Below the pieces are notes generated by a model that had not been told where the DNA came from, searched no databases, and saw only the letters and a list, made by a program, of their open reading frames with translations. A stretch of 63,901 nt of DNA, counting the filler, from Choristocarpus tenellus KU-1152 (lineage: Eukaryota > Protista > Phaeophyceae), in NCBI GenBank assembly GCA_964200185.2. It is 12 parts of 12 records of this genome, joined end to end, with 100 filler letters (N's around TTAATTAATTAA, not from the genome) between each part and the next. Parts side by side here need not be neighbours in the genome. Positions count along the whole stretch, not along the records: positions 33,905 to 42,882 come from CAXNAD020004140.1; positions 42,983 to 46,366 come from CAXNAD020020402.1; positions 46,467 to 49,204 come from CAXNAD020025174.1; 9 more parts are not named here. One strand, 5' to 3'. Below, piece after piece: positions 36,143 through 49,304 of the stretch. Position numbers and translations under genes: made by a program. Each line of letters starts with the position of its first letter. Position 1 is the first letter of the stretch.

Positions 36143-39100
36143 TTATTTGTATGCAATGTACGTAACACTTCATCAAGAGAGACTGGTGCACATATCTGTG
36201 GCATGTTGTGCACCGAATGATTGTGTAAAGATGGGAAGCCCACACTGTTTTGAGTACCGTCTTACTACTGTGGAATTAATCGTATCTTCTGTGCATTGGC
36301 AAACCTTTTGGAGGTTCTACAGGAGGAATGATACAACATTTGAACCTCATATTCTGAGTATCATCGCTGGTACACACAGTTATGCACAACTTTGCATGTT
36401 ATCAATCGTACCTATTGCTACCAATACTGCCTATCCACCATACAGCCTGGGCTTCCAACATCAATATGCATGTGCCCACATCCAAACGGTAAGCACACGC
36501 ATTGTACGCATGGTGTCTGGTAGAAATGGACATGGATAGTTTGCCCAGCATATCATGTAGGATGGGGCAGTGTACATAATATTATTTGAACTTCATTACA
36601 TCTGTCTGAAATACTACTGTTGATTATTTTGTGCAGGGGCAGACGTACACAAACCCCCCCCTCCCAAACCAGAAAAAAACACAGTAGTCGTAACCCTTCA
36701 CAATTATGGACCAAAACAAATGAAGGCCGGTGCGGTCTTGAATGTAGCCAAAAAAAACAAACGTGCAGGTGGTTAAGGACACCGGGTGTCACAAAAAAAT
36801 TAACACAATGCAAAACACACTTATCTGAAGGACTGTATGCTATATCTGGGCCCATACGATGGCAGCAACTCAAGACCAAGATTGAATACTAAGCACCTGC
36901 TGCTTGGGGTAGATTATCACAATTTGACAGGCGTTCATGCCTATGATCCATGTAAAAAATTCAACTTCCATCCAACACAAATATCAATCGTCTCTTGGAG
37001 TAGTAATCCAAATATGTACTCCGAGTACATACACATAGAGACTCAGTGTTTAGATGTTTTACACGTTGCACAGCCAGTTCTCTTGTTGACAAGGACTCAA
37101 CAGGGACTGTACACTGTAGTTAAGTCACCACAGCCATCTTGTTTTAAGCGGCAATGAAACGATTCTTGGTGGATTCACATCAATTCAAAGGTCCTACCCT
37201 GCCTCTTTTCCACAAGGAATTAGGAATCACCTTTCTGTACAATCACTCGCCTTACTAACAAAATTGTTCACATAAACACAGTAACTCTCCACTTGGTGTA
37301 AGGTTTTGCTCAACCCCAGTCTACCCACATGGTCAGCAACTTTAAGGTAACACACGAGGCATCATCTCCCTATCTTATTTGTTAGTCAGTAGACGCATGT
37401 TTCATAGAAGAATGTACTTAGAAGTAACATTACTTGTCTGTCGCACGTATATTTTGGCTATGATTTTGATTGATATTAATACTGACTAGTGATGAATAAC
37501 ACGCCCTTTTCTCTCGACGATGATCGCTTGATGTTTCCCGTATGGTGGGAGACATCACTTTGACGCACAGGCAGGAGGTGGCACGTGTCACAACAAATAT
37601 TTTTCTGTGTTTAGCCAAAACAAGTTTTGATGGTATATTTTTCTAAAATTATCCACACATTATTTGCTCATCCCTTGACTGTTCTGCTCGACAAATTTGG
37701 CTCAGTGTGACTTTGGATGTGAACATTTGCAATATGTGTAAACTATCACAGGGTATTCCTCAGTGCTTCATTGAGGCAATTGAATCACCATTATCTATAC
37801 TACATAGTAGGTACACAACAGTCAATAGTTCACACCTAATACATCCGAAGGTTCCATGTGGTAAGTAGTGTTGGACTAAGAGAGATATGAGTCCATGGGT
37901 TGTACCACCTCTGTTAGCTTGAAGAGACAACCGTGAAGGTTACAAGGCTATAGCTACTCAAGTACCCTGGACTTTCTACTGGACACTCGACCATGCATAG
38001 ATAGGGGGTAGGGTCGCCTCTTGAAAAAACTGTTTCTGGCAGAATCTAATATATTGAGGTGAAAGCTCCCAAGTGTGTGGACTAATCAATGTGGTAGTTC
38101 AATGTATATTCTTGAACAGTGGTGAATGGATAATACCACAATACAAAATGAAACCCAGTAAGTAGGATGCTGTACTTATTCTTACAATGTTGGTCCATGT
38201 AGTGCAGGTTCAGATCCACTAAAACTCATTCCTGGGGGAAATACAGGCGTACATATGCGATAGAGTTGTACTGAATGCTGAGGTGGGAATGATGAGTCTC
38301 AGCTGTTACGCGCAAGAGCTGTGACTAACGTATCATGCCCAGTTGAGGTGCAACTGAGACATATGTCCATGGCACATTCAGGGACAGGGTCCTCATTCAA
38401 TGAATATTTCAGTCATACTACCAAAAAAATATATAGGGTAACCCTATTTAGGTCTGTAAAAGGGAATCTTGGTCATAATTTTCGAGCTGTGCTGAATGGG
38501 CTGACCTTTGCTTTTAATGTAGTGACAACCTTGTCCCCTCAAACAAACACAACTTAATCACATTCAGGATTTCCCCTACAGGATTTTAGAGCTCGATTTG
38601 TAACATGGTATGCACAAATAGTATTGAGGTCTAAAAAGGAGTAACTGGAGGCTGAATGTGTTCATTCACAAACTATGGACAATGAGCTTTAATTCTCGGC
38701 GTGACAGTGAAACACAATAAACTTATATTTAACAGGCAATGGTGGCGCATAGAGAGATGAGCTTGTAGGCTATAGTCCACTTATAGTTACAATGTACTCT
38801 GGAGCAAAAAATATGAGATGGACTATGTTGCTTGGTTTGACTGAATGCATGTGTGAGCATCTGCCAGCAGTGTGAAATCATTGAACTTTCGCTCTACTAC
38901 TGCTCGTTTACTACATCTCTACATAAACACAAGTAAAATATCGCAATCACTGCTAAAGACGATATCTTTTACCCCATGGTAACGAGGAAAGGATGCAATA
39001 CACAAACTGAGAAGAGTTCGTTTGTCATGTTCCTCTTCAAATAATTGACATATTACGTGCTCAGGGACGACTAAGATGCACACAAACGAAACCATCGGAT

Positions 39101-39367
39101 ATTCCTCGCAACATGGGAATAGCTCTGGTGTTGTGTTTGCTGTCTAGGACCAATTTATCCTGCTTAATAATCCTGTCACCTATCTTTTCAAGTAGTTGCA
39201 GATTTCGCAATCTGACTGTGTGTTGTAGGAAAGAAATAAAAAACTACCGGTCAAGGTCGACATTATTCGTATCCAAGAGCAGGTACACCAATCCCATCTT
39301 CAATGGTGGTACCCAGTAAGCCCGAGCTGCATCAGCCATGCGATGGGCGTTGTGGTGTTGCAAGCAC

Positions 39368-40069
39368 TTATTCGCGAGTACCCTTATTTGTAGAGATGTT
39401 GACATAAAGCGCTCCATCAGACTTATCCTTGATGTTAAAAACCTCGATTTGGCGAGGACGGTGCAAACGCCATGGCATCCATCGCGCAATGCGAAGAAGC
39501 GGCCCTGCCGTTCCACCAGGGCACCACCGCCCGCGCACAGTCCCATCTGCCAGATAATACCGAGTGCCAAACATTATGTCCTCTACTACCCCTACCTCAG
39601 TATCCACGACCCCTGTTTCAGACACGGGGATACCGAGGGGAGGAAACGCGTCACGTACGGCATGGTATTGTCCTCGTTCGTCAACTATGACGCAAATTTT
39701 TTTCCCAAGGACTGGAACAGAGAACATGTGAGGGGGGGGAACATCTGCACGAAGCTGATCTACAAAACAAAGACGAACTTGAGCCTCCTCCACTATTTCC
39801 TTTGAAGGTGCTGTTGCCAACAATTGTGTGAATTTTTCCCTAGGCATCGAGGACGCGCTATGCAGCACCAAATATCGAGATGTTATCGATTGTGGGAAAG
39901 GAATCGTGGAACATATAGAACCATGTGTCGAACCTATAACCGCTCCCACCGTCCAGAAAGATGACTGAGAAAGGAACCCTTCAATTGAGCATGATACGAG
40001 TCCCACCACGGCAACCACAACTAACTTAGACCTCAAAGCAGCATCCTTTAACCATCGCGATCTCATCAT
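39368..40069 (-). CDS. Plastid-targeted Rieske-fold protein lacking 2Fe-2S ligands (intronless)
   Basis: From MMRSRW: a hydrophobic signal peptide ending SIEG|FLSQ, then a Ser/Thr-rich transit-like stretch. Then GKKICVIVD..GQYHAVRDAFPPLG...VEDIMFGTRYYLADGTVRGRWCP...IEVFNIK...GALYV, a Rieske ferredoxin scaffold. Confidence 0.75.
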   Translation of the reverse strand: MMRSRWLKDAALRSKLVVVAVVGLVSCSIEGFLSQSSFWTVGAVIGSTHGSICSTIPFPQSITSRYLVLHSASSMPREKFTQLLATAPSKEIVEEAQVRLCFVDQLRADVPPPHMFSVPVLGKKICVIVDERGQYHAVRDAFPPLGIPVSETGVVDTEVGVVEDIMFGTRYYLADGTVRGRWCPGGTAGPLLRIARWMPWRLHRPRQIEVFNIKDKSDGALYVNISTNKGTRE

Positions 40070-40327
40070 GCAAGCGACAGTCCACAACCTGTTTGCCTGT
40101 GTAGATAATATGAGTACCTTACCGAAAGAAATTGGGATGGAACACGCCTTTGCAAGGTCTTGACCAGAACTGTAAACACAGATTTGTACTACAACAGTCA
40201 CACCTTAATTCCTCTCTATACCCCCTCTTCTCGGCTCAGGTTTATCGCCAGTCAGGGAAATCTCTGTTACAAGATCTGCAGATCGAAATTGCAGCAACTA
40301 GCTCAATCCACATCATATATTTGTTAG

Positions 40328-41474
40328 ATGGAAAGACGACCACCTCCCGCCTCTTATAGGCGTAAACAGATTCCAGCAGGGTACGGAAACTACATGGGAA
40401 GAGACGATGGTGCGTCCTCACAGCATCATACACTATCGACTGGAATTCCGGCCACAGCTGAGCGGCATTCTCGGGGAAGGCAGCCTAGTCAACGGATGGC
40501 TTCTCGTTCTGGCAGACATTTCACGGAGCCAGCAGGAAGAACAATCGCACACTCTACCCTCAGTCATTCCGCGACGCCCTCGACCATTGCAGCCGAATCT
40601 CCTAGACTCGCCGCTGCTGTAGCAGAAAGACGTGCATCTCTTCAAGGGGTACCCGCTAGACGTGCCTCTCCCCTTCTCAGCGCCCCAGAGCGTGTGTCGC
40701 AGGGGTACACACCTCTCCTGGGCAATGCCCTGGGTGCTCACTCACGGTTGGATGCCCAGTCACCATTTCTGACCGCACCTCAGCAAGCTTCTCAAAGACC
40801 TTCACCTCTAGTAAAGAGCGCAGTTAACCCTTTTTCGGCGTCTTTCGCGAACAGATTGGCGGGTAGGTCTTTCTCAGGAGGAAAGGCACGAGATGGTTCT
40901 GATCAGTACCTTCTTGATGGTCGATCGACACAAGTAGGCCAAGGAGGAGGTGGTAGCATTGCGAAGGGGGGAGGTTACGGGTCGCGATGGGGTGGGAGCG
41001 AAATGCGGGAGGGAGATTCAATAGGAGTCAAGGGGGATGGGGTTGCACGGCTGAACCGGGCGTGGTCGTCAGGTTCTGGGGAGCACAAGGTCCACGATCA
41101 TGGTAAGCCTCGAGCGCATGTCTTGCTTAAAACACTTGAGCCAATCAACCTCCAAGGAGGCATCGACATTTATGTTGGGGGGTTGCTTAATTCTGTATAG
41201 CAAGTGGCACAACATGTGCCCTTTTTCACACTCATTGAGACACCATGAAGGGAATTTCCAGGCGTGACGCTCATTTCCACGACATAGTTTGTGTAGGGAA
41301 AGTAAAGTAAAGTGAAATTACGAGGGAGAGTTCTATGATACACAATCCTCAGGAGCATAATGCACAAATTCAGAGTTCTGATCATGTGCTTTTACTCAAG
41401 GTAGAGGTGCAATGCAACCAACTCGTTTCAATCCTGAGTGGGGCACAAACCTCAAGACAAGGAATCAACTTTGA
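40328..41474 (+). CDS. Hypothetical low-complexity (Ser/Gly/Arg-rich) protein
   Basis: 290-codon ORF from ATG 40328. Likely donor G|GTAAG after 41102 and a phase-compatible terminal exon 41401-41474. No recognisable domain. Confidence 0.55.
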
Positions 41475-43549
41475 AGTACATGACAATCGAAACATCCCTT
41501 GGGGAGAGTGTTGTAATTGCTCAAGCAGTTAACAGGGTGAGTATGCTAGTTACAGTCCAAGCTCACGTGCACTCAAGTAGTTCCAGAGTACACGCTATGC
41601 CACTAAGAAGTCTGTTGCAGTGCCAGAGCCAGGTTACCATACTCCCTCCTGATGTTCAGTGAAGGACTGTCAAACACTTGAAAGTCTTTTCTGGCATCCC
41701 CTGTTATATGCCCTGCATAGAAAAATGGTAAATGGACTTTGAGGAGGTGGAGGGAGACTGGATCTTCTCTCAACAAGTCAAAATTCTCATTCAGGAGAAG
41801 ACTACTACTATCTTTCTTCATTTTCTCGGGCAGATGTGAAGTATTTTGTAGCTCATTTCCTTAGCTACCCAGCCAAAGTTGTTGGTGGAAACTTAGTATT
41901 TCTTGACTAGCTCTTTCCTTCATCCTAGGGTTAGGGTTAGGTTTCCCACCCCTATTCATGCCCCAGTCCCACTACATCATCACACACACGCTGCCACTGC
42001 TGATACTGATTACTTGGTCAAAATAGCCAAGAACCCATGCCTATCTTTGAACTGAAATCGAGCAGCCCTATAATCCCTCTGGGTATGTATGTTTCCCCCC
42101 TTACTTCTGCCCTTTCTTCACCTATTGCCTTATCTTGATCACATACCTTGCACAGGACACTCTATCTATTATAAGCATGGGGTAAGGTTAGTAGAGTCTG
42201 CAGAAATTCGACTTGAGACTCTCACGGCCCTGGCCACCTGGATAGTGTTCACCCTCCCCTACATGTGAGTACTGAGGCATGGGTCTCAAGTGTTGTTTTG
42301 AGGTGTACATGACCCAACACCTACCTGCTTCATTGATCAGATCTGTGGAGAATGAACCTACTTGAGAATCCGTCGTCCATTTTTTAGAGGAGCTATTTTT
42401 CATGTGAGCGATTATATGTGCTGTTGTTTTTCTGGACTTGTTGTTGCCCCCATTCGCTGGTTGGGTGTGTCCGTCACCAAGTGGGGAGCTCTCTAGTTTG
42501 GTATCAGAGCACAAAGCGATGACAGAGGAACACAAGCAAAGAAAAGATACATACGGTTAGATCAATAGTGGTTATTTTATTTTATTTTATTTTATTTTAT
42601 TTTATTTTTTTGTGATCCAAGAAGAACCTGAGTTAGGTGATGAATATTATCGAGTTGGTGGGATTCAATTCAAGTTGAAGACTGCACGCATTGGCTGCGG
42701 CAGAGCGGAGTCATGGAAGCAACAGTCTTGTCGTCACACCTTGTCCCCCGATACAATGCCATTGTAGGTATGTGGCACTGGGGGAGGAGGTTGAAAGGAA
42801 TGTGACGGAAGGGGGGGGGGGGGGGGACTCATCGATGGGGGGGGGGGGGGGGGTTTTGCCGCAGGATACATGGTATTGTCGGNNNNNNNNNNNNNNNNNN
42901 NNNNNNNNNNNNNNNNNNNNNNNNNNTTAATTAATTAANNNNNNNNNNNNNNNNNNNNNNNNNNNNNNNNNNNNNNNNNNNNGTCTAGCCCATCCTCAAT
43001 GAAAAGGTCCATCCTCAATTTTTGAAATCGGCTGTTATATTATGAACAACCCTGCTTGGGTCATGGGTGCTGGGTTCTCGGTCGTGGTCTGATTGCTGGG
43101 ACCTTCAACCACCACTCATAATTCCTGAGTGCCGCTGATTTCTGACTGGTCACCATAAAAACCGATGGTAAACATTTTGTCACTGACTCTTCCTATTCAA
43201 TCGAATGAAGAACTTGTCTGATTTAGTCCTTCAAAGTCGTCTAGTCAACAAAGATGTCAGGTGGAAGGTTGCACTTGAGATTTCTCGACTGCTCGGCAGG
43301 CAGACAACAGCATTTTCCTAGGCCTCGACTTCTGGGTGCACCTTCCTATATATCTGAAAACGTCCACACCTATTTTACATTCAACGTTGTGTGGGTGCGA
43401 TCCAACCCAAGCCAAACATACACGGCAACATCAGACACCAAGCAATGTGACGAACTAATCATAAACCTGCAAACTGGAAGTCTGTAAGCTTCATAGTCAC
43501 GAGGCGGCAATACGTCAACAGCACTTAACATTTTCTGACGGCATCCATT

Positions 43550-43800
43550 GGTGGTGTGAAACAGGGAGAATCAACCCCAAGTCAAGTCCAGCTACGTGAG
43601 GAGCTCACTCAGTTTTTGGACATTGTTGAACCTGTTCAGGCAGACCCTCTCACACCAAAATATGCTCCTTCGGCGACCTCTCCATTCAGGAGGCATATAT
43701 GGACCAAGTGGTGGCGCATTTCACCGAAATTGATCAGCATGGCGTTTAGCCTAATGCGTAATCCACCCAGATGTAATGTGAAGGTAGGTGGATACGAGGT
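43550..43800 (+). mobile_element. Possible hAT transposase C-terminal dimerisation remnant
   Basis: EELTQFL...DPL...KWWRISPKLISMAFSLMRNP resembles the hAT EL..YL...DPL.WW...P.L..MA..L..P pattern. Degenerate, and the ERxFS motif is not seen. Confidence 0.35.
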
Positions 43801-44573
43801 ATTGGGGCGACATGAGGACTAGGACCATCCCCAAAATTGACAGTAGTAGGAGAGTAAGGGAAAATCGTTTTTGTAAATGAGGTTGATAAGTACATCCATG
43901 TAGAAGGGGGAACTAAATCAAAGGGTATGGAACATGCCTATATTGGACAGCCATTCAATCGTCGACAGAATGGATAATAAGTGTTTAACAATAATCTATT
44001 ATATATCATTCTGATACATCGAAAAAGGGGTGGATTGGATAATCATGGGTGAAGTAGTTGTCACGTCAGATGTTCGGTTTCATTCTTTAGACTTGGCAAT
44101 GATTTGTTCCTTGGATTATGATAGAAATATTAATGGTGTATTCCACTTCGGAAGAATAGAATACATTGATGACATATGTTTCTACAAAATGTTCTAGTAT
44201 TTTGCGATTGGGTCATCAGATCATCCATTGAGCTTGATATCACAACGAATACAAAGTAACTGATGAGGAAAAAGTAGTACAATAACCAACTAAGTATTAT
44301 GAAGCATTAGTGGTACATTACTAGTAATTGTGAAATATAGAGTATATATTGAGAAATCCAAAGGCAGGTGGAAAAAGCTGTTCTTTTTTGGGGGACAAGA
44401 TTAGAAAGAAGTAATCAATCAACAAACACGAGAAGTTAGTATAGGGCTACTACAAAACCGTTGAAGAAAACACTACCACACCTTTCACTTTTCACGACTA
44501 CATAATAGATACATGTGTGTGTTTGGGGTGAGAGGTCTTGTGACTCCAAGTTGGATTTATCCACGTAAATAGA

Positions 44574-46086
44574 ATGGAAGGTAATCTCACCCCTCCAAGA
44601 TTTGCTGGTCGTGTCGTTGTTGGAAGGAGCTCGGTTGAGGATAACCCGAAACCGCCTACACAGTGTACCTCTGTAAACTATAGAAGCCCTGAAACAGGAA
44701 AGAGATATCTCGATTTTCTCACCTTCGATGGACTTGAGCAGGTGACAAACTCCCCTACAGTATCACCTACCCCTGAACTTCCAGTTGGACACCTAGATGT
44801 CAGCCGGGCTCAGGAAAGGAAAGTTCAAGAGAACCAAAGCACATATCCTCCACCTCGTCTTGATGGATCTCGGGGAGGACACCGACCAGTTTCCAAACTC
44901 CCCACCGTTTCCGATGCAAGGGTTTTTTGGGGCGGACGGCTGACAGCCACACTTTCTCCACCACAGTCCCCCCCTCGCACTCCCAGGAGAAGGAATTTTC
45001 GCTCGTTGAGAGAGCGATCAATTAGCCCTATGAAGGTAGGTGCACTTACGTTCCTGGTAGGAATTGATTATATTTAACAGGATAATGATGAGGGATGATG
45101 AACATCGAAGGTGGTAACCATTACTCTAAGTTGTGAATAGAGAGTGAGAAAATGCAGCTACTGTCATTTGTGTCTACCCTTACTCTCTTGAAGGTGTTGA
45201 CCATAAGGTTTCGGAGTAGAACGAAATGTGGTTAATCTTTGTTTAGAAGGAATGTTAAGGTTGGGGTTGGAAGTGGTAGGTGTACTAGCGGAAAGGTAGA
45301 TTCATCATGGTGTATGTTGAGGATGCAAATGGGGGCGGTAGACGCGGGACAAAAAACATACTAGGCCCTGAAGAATGAACTCCCAATATGGCGATAACGG
45401 TTTATCGAAAGGGTGCAGATGGTAGGAACTACGAAATGCTACCCCGCTTTACATTGGTCGGAAGTAACCTCCCTCCCCCCTCCCCCACCTTCATCATTCA
45501 CTTCCTCGACCTCTCGGTCCGAAAAATTCTTCAGGTCACCCGAGCAACCCTCTCGCCCCGCCACGCAACCCGTTCACGAAGACGGAGGCGAGATGAGGCA
45601 AGGTTGAGAGACGTTTGGTCTGGGGCCAAGACATGCTCTTTATCTCCCAACTGCACCCCTAGGGTGAGATGTCACAGCAACCCCCAGAGAAATCCTCCTT
45701 CCCTCTTGGCAACCGTCTCACCCACAGAGAAAGGTGAAGCTTGGGGGAAGAGTAGCCCAGAGCAAATAGGCGGATGTGTTGTGGACTCCAGTGACAACCT
45801 AGAGAAACCTATTGGGGAGAGCGAACAGGTTCGACCAGCCAATGACAATGAGAGGGAGAGAGGACATGCTTGCTGTGCCGGTGATGTTGGAGAGACAGGG
45901 GGAAGGGGCGAACAACATCTGCAGGACTTGCAAGTGACTGAGGGGAAGGCTCTGGGTGATTCATGGCAGGGGTTTGTGCAGGCCTTGAGGGGGGTGGTGA
46001 GTAAGATGGGGACATGCTGCCCATCAGGGGAGCAAGATGGAAGGGGGCAAGAACTTGGTTGTGTGGATAACAACGAGGAACATTAG
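44574..46086 (+). CDS. Hypothetical Pro/Ser/Arg-rich protein, 2 exons
   Basis: 44574-45035 (AAG|GTAGGT) joins in phase 0 to 45535-46086 (TTCTTCAG|), ~337 aa. No known domain recognised. Confidence 0.55.
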
Positions 46087-47099
46087 GGTACAGGTGTGGT
46101 GCGCAAAAGGGTGTAATAAAATATGATACTGGGCTCAAGAGTCCATGGGGCAGAGGGTAGGAGAGTCTTAGTGGTGTTTGAGGGGGAGGTCAACAGGAAA
46201 TGTTCACATGTGTGGGTATAGCCTGGACTTTCAACTGTGATTTATTATTGGGTGTTCACACAACTGAGTACTCTCCTTGAAATTTGCAAATCACTACTAC
46301 GTCGGGGTGAGTGATCCATCTTTTTTTTTTTTCCTCTGTGTCCTTGTTGAAAAGAAGTGTGCGAATNNNNNNNNNNNNNNNNNNNNNNNNNNNNNNNNNN
46401 NNNNNNNNNNTTAATTAATTAANNNNNNNNNNNNNNNNNNNNNNNNNNNNNNNNNNNNNNNNNNNNCAATTCAACACAATAATGTCATATACACAAAATA
46501 AGGTACACCTCACTATTGTCCTATTTTGTACAAATCCAGAAGACCGCACCCCACCCACCCAACTACTAAATACTATTGGTAGTAGAGCCTGTCATTGCGA
46601 AGCCAAAAATACAACATATCAAAGGTACGCTGAATAATGTGCTGAACAGAAAAGGTAGAGAGATGCACTGAATAGAGAACAAACTGAAAGGCAATGAACA
46701 AAACTTTAAAGAAGTCCACTGCATCAGAAATACAAAGAATGCACATTAACCAAGATACATGACAACCATAACCTTTCACTGCTACAGGTGCCTTAGACTA
46801 GAGCCCTCGTTATCTATCCTTCCAGTAGAAGGGCCGAGTAAGCTAGTATCATGCGCTCTTTGCCTTCTAGATAGCTGCCTATTATCGAGTCTTTTGCAGA
46901 TGAAAAATTGTGGTTTTACCATGACAGAACCATCTACAGTGTTGCGAAATACCTCATCGGTTGGACTCCTGCCTCTTGGCAGGATACCATTGAACATCAC
47001 CCACACCTTTCTTAGAAAGAAAATGACCAGTGTTGATATGGCTGCAATTATTGGGTAGAGCAAAATTTTTCAAGTCTTTACGCTCGACTGTTAGTTTGC

Positions 47100-48420
47100 C
47101 AAACAAACTGGTTGGAACGGACCCATTGGCCAGTCCATAGCCAGCCCAGGATACAATCTCGATGGGCCTGGTCCGATCCAGTCACAACATTTTTTACCCT
47201 GGTCAGTCTCCGGCCTAGTCCGGTCTACTGTCTTGATGGCCCCATTTTGGGCCTGTTAACAAGATAATATTGTTTAATTGAAGTATAGTCTAACGAAGCA
47301 AATTTTGTTTTTTGCGGTGGGCATTTATTGAAGATTGATGAGTATTGATGAGTGGTGAGTGACTGCCACGCCCCTCACTCCCGCACCGTGTCCCCTTTTC
47401 ATGCGTTTATTACTACTATTGACCTACAACGACGCGGGAAGGAATCAAGGGATAGAGTTCCAGCGTCCAGAGCACAGTGTGGGTGCTGATGTCTAATTGG
47501 CAGTGAGTAGCAGTAGCAGTAACAGTGAGGGTTGTGACGACAGCGACGGTATTGTTAGCAATACATCAAACTCACAGCCATACTCGCCCAGGTTGACATC
47601 TCCTCCTTATTATGAAGGTCTGTTCAACATTTCATCTATGGAGAGGATTCGCAGTCTCTAGGGTGTAACTAATTGGCGTGGTTGAGGATTCTGAATCAAA
47701 GCAGAATCAATGTGTGCTTGGTCGGCAGAGATAGGTGGTCTTGGACGTAGTAGGATCGAGAAAGTAACCAAACGGTAAGATGTCTCTTGCCTTGAAGTAC
47801 TTCAAGATTCTGGCCGCAAAGAAAGGAGATAAAAACGTCCAAATGCTGGGATGATAATTCAGCCCAATCGTAAGAGTAACAGAATGCCTCAAGTGCATGA
47901 ATTTGCCACCAGATTTTGACCTGGTCATCCGAAGGCAACAACACAAAAACACTCATTCGCCACATCGAGTACAAGTGCAGGACTGAGTACAAGCAATACG
48001 AGGAGCCAAGCACATGCTCCAAGGTAGTAGAAATAAGAAAGGCGAAAGCTGTTTTGAGTTAGTTATTATCCTCATCATATATTTTCTTCATTCAACTGTG
48101 GACTCTTAATGGGACTAGTTCCTAATTGATACATTTTTCCTCACCAAGCAAGGGTATCTTGAGAATATTGACCATCCACCTTTTGTTGTTTTGTAGTGGT
48201 GGTCGTGGAGAGATTGCTCATTACACATGATACCACTAAGTGTCCTGTACCAGGAACAACTCGACCGCATCAATCGCACTTGTGTGAAAGAATCTTTGAT
48301 GGATTTCTGCCCAGCCAGCAACAACATGTGAATGGACTATGAGATCTATACAGGTTCCTTACTACCTGCTTATGCCCCATCTCCAATATAATAGGGGGGT
48401 ACTGAGGGCCGCTGTGGCCT
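47100..48420 (+). mobile_element. Decayed hAT-like transposon 5' region with BED-finger remnant
   Basis: A cluster of short GGTCC/AGTCC motifs at ~47110-47250. MSLALKYFKILAAKKGDKNVQ (~47780) and GNNTKTLIRHIEYK (~47935) fit a frameshifted BED zinc finger. Confidence 0.5.
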
Positions 48421-49304
48421 TCAACTAGACCGACCTTGCTACTGTTGCTGCAGTCACGTACTGCAAGTATTAGTGTTACCCTGGTAACGTGGGAATCTAT
48501 GAGCATTGAGCACCTCGGCCCCTCAACAATATCTTTTCCTGATGCGTACACTTCCGCAGACACCAAGTTTCGGATTTATCAGGTCAGTCCCAGATTGTGC
48601 TGTACTGATGTAATAGCACTCCTTGCTCTTTTTATTGTTGTATTCCTCTGTTCATGGTGTGGTTCTTGTGGTTGATGGTACTATGGCGTATCTTACAACT
48701 ATTCGCAGATTTCGATACTATGTACGAAGTATATTGTTGTTTACTTGGAAGTATTTGTGATAGGAAGAGTAGTACCTGTCAAGTAGTTAAATGTTATTTT
48801 TGCTCAATTTTTAACAAAAACGGCAAAAAAGGTGTAAATGTTGACACAAAATCTTTCACTGTTATAGTTAAATACCTTCGTTTGTCCTTGATTTATCTTG
48901 TAGGGCTCCAAAGTAGTACTTCACCTTATTGGTGATGGGGGAGAGCCTGTGATGTTTTCCTTGCTGCGACTGCTGACCAGGGAGGGAACGTTCTAATGTC
49001 CTAAGAGAGCTGAGCGGTGATAGCTGACATACATCATTATGCTAAAGCACATGGTAAATGCAGGTCATCAAGTACATAAGAGCACATGCACGACAGTCGA
49101 CGACGCATGTGCCTTGATCAACTTGATGGACTACCATACCTGCTCCTCTAAACAGCCGATTCAGTAATTGAGGATGGCGCTTTTCATTGAGGATGGACTT
49201 GACCNNNNNNNNNNNNNNNNNNNNNNNNNNNNNNNNNNNNNNNNNNNNTTAATTAATTAANNNNNNNNNNNNNNNNNNNNNNNNNNNNNNNNNNNNNNNN
49301 NNNN

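Noticed and set aside
36140-38900. Short ORFs possibly from a decayed gene or transposon
   Set aside because: No recognisable motif or consistent exon chain.
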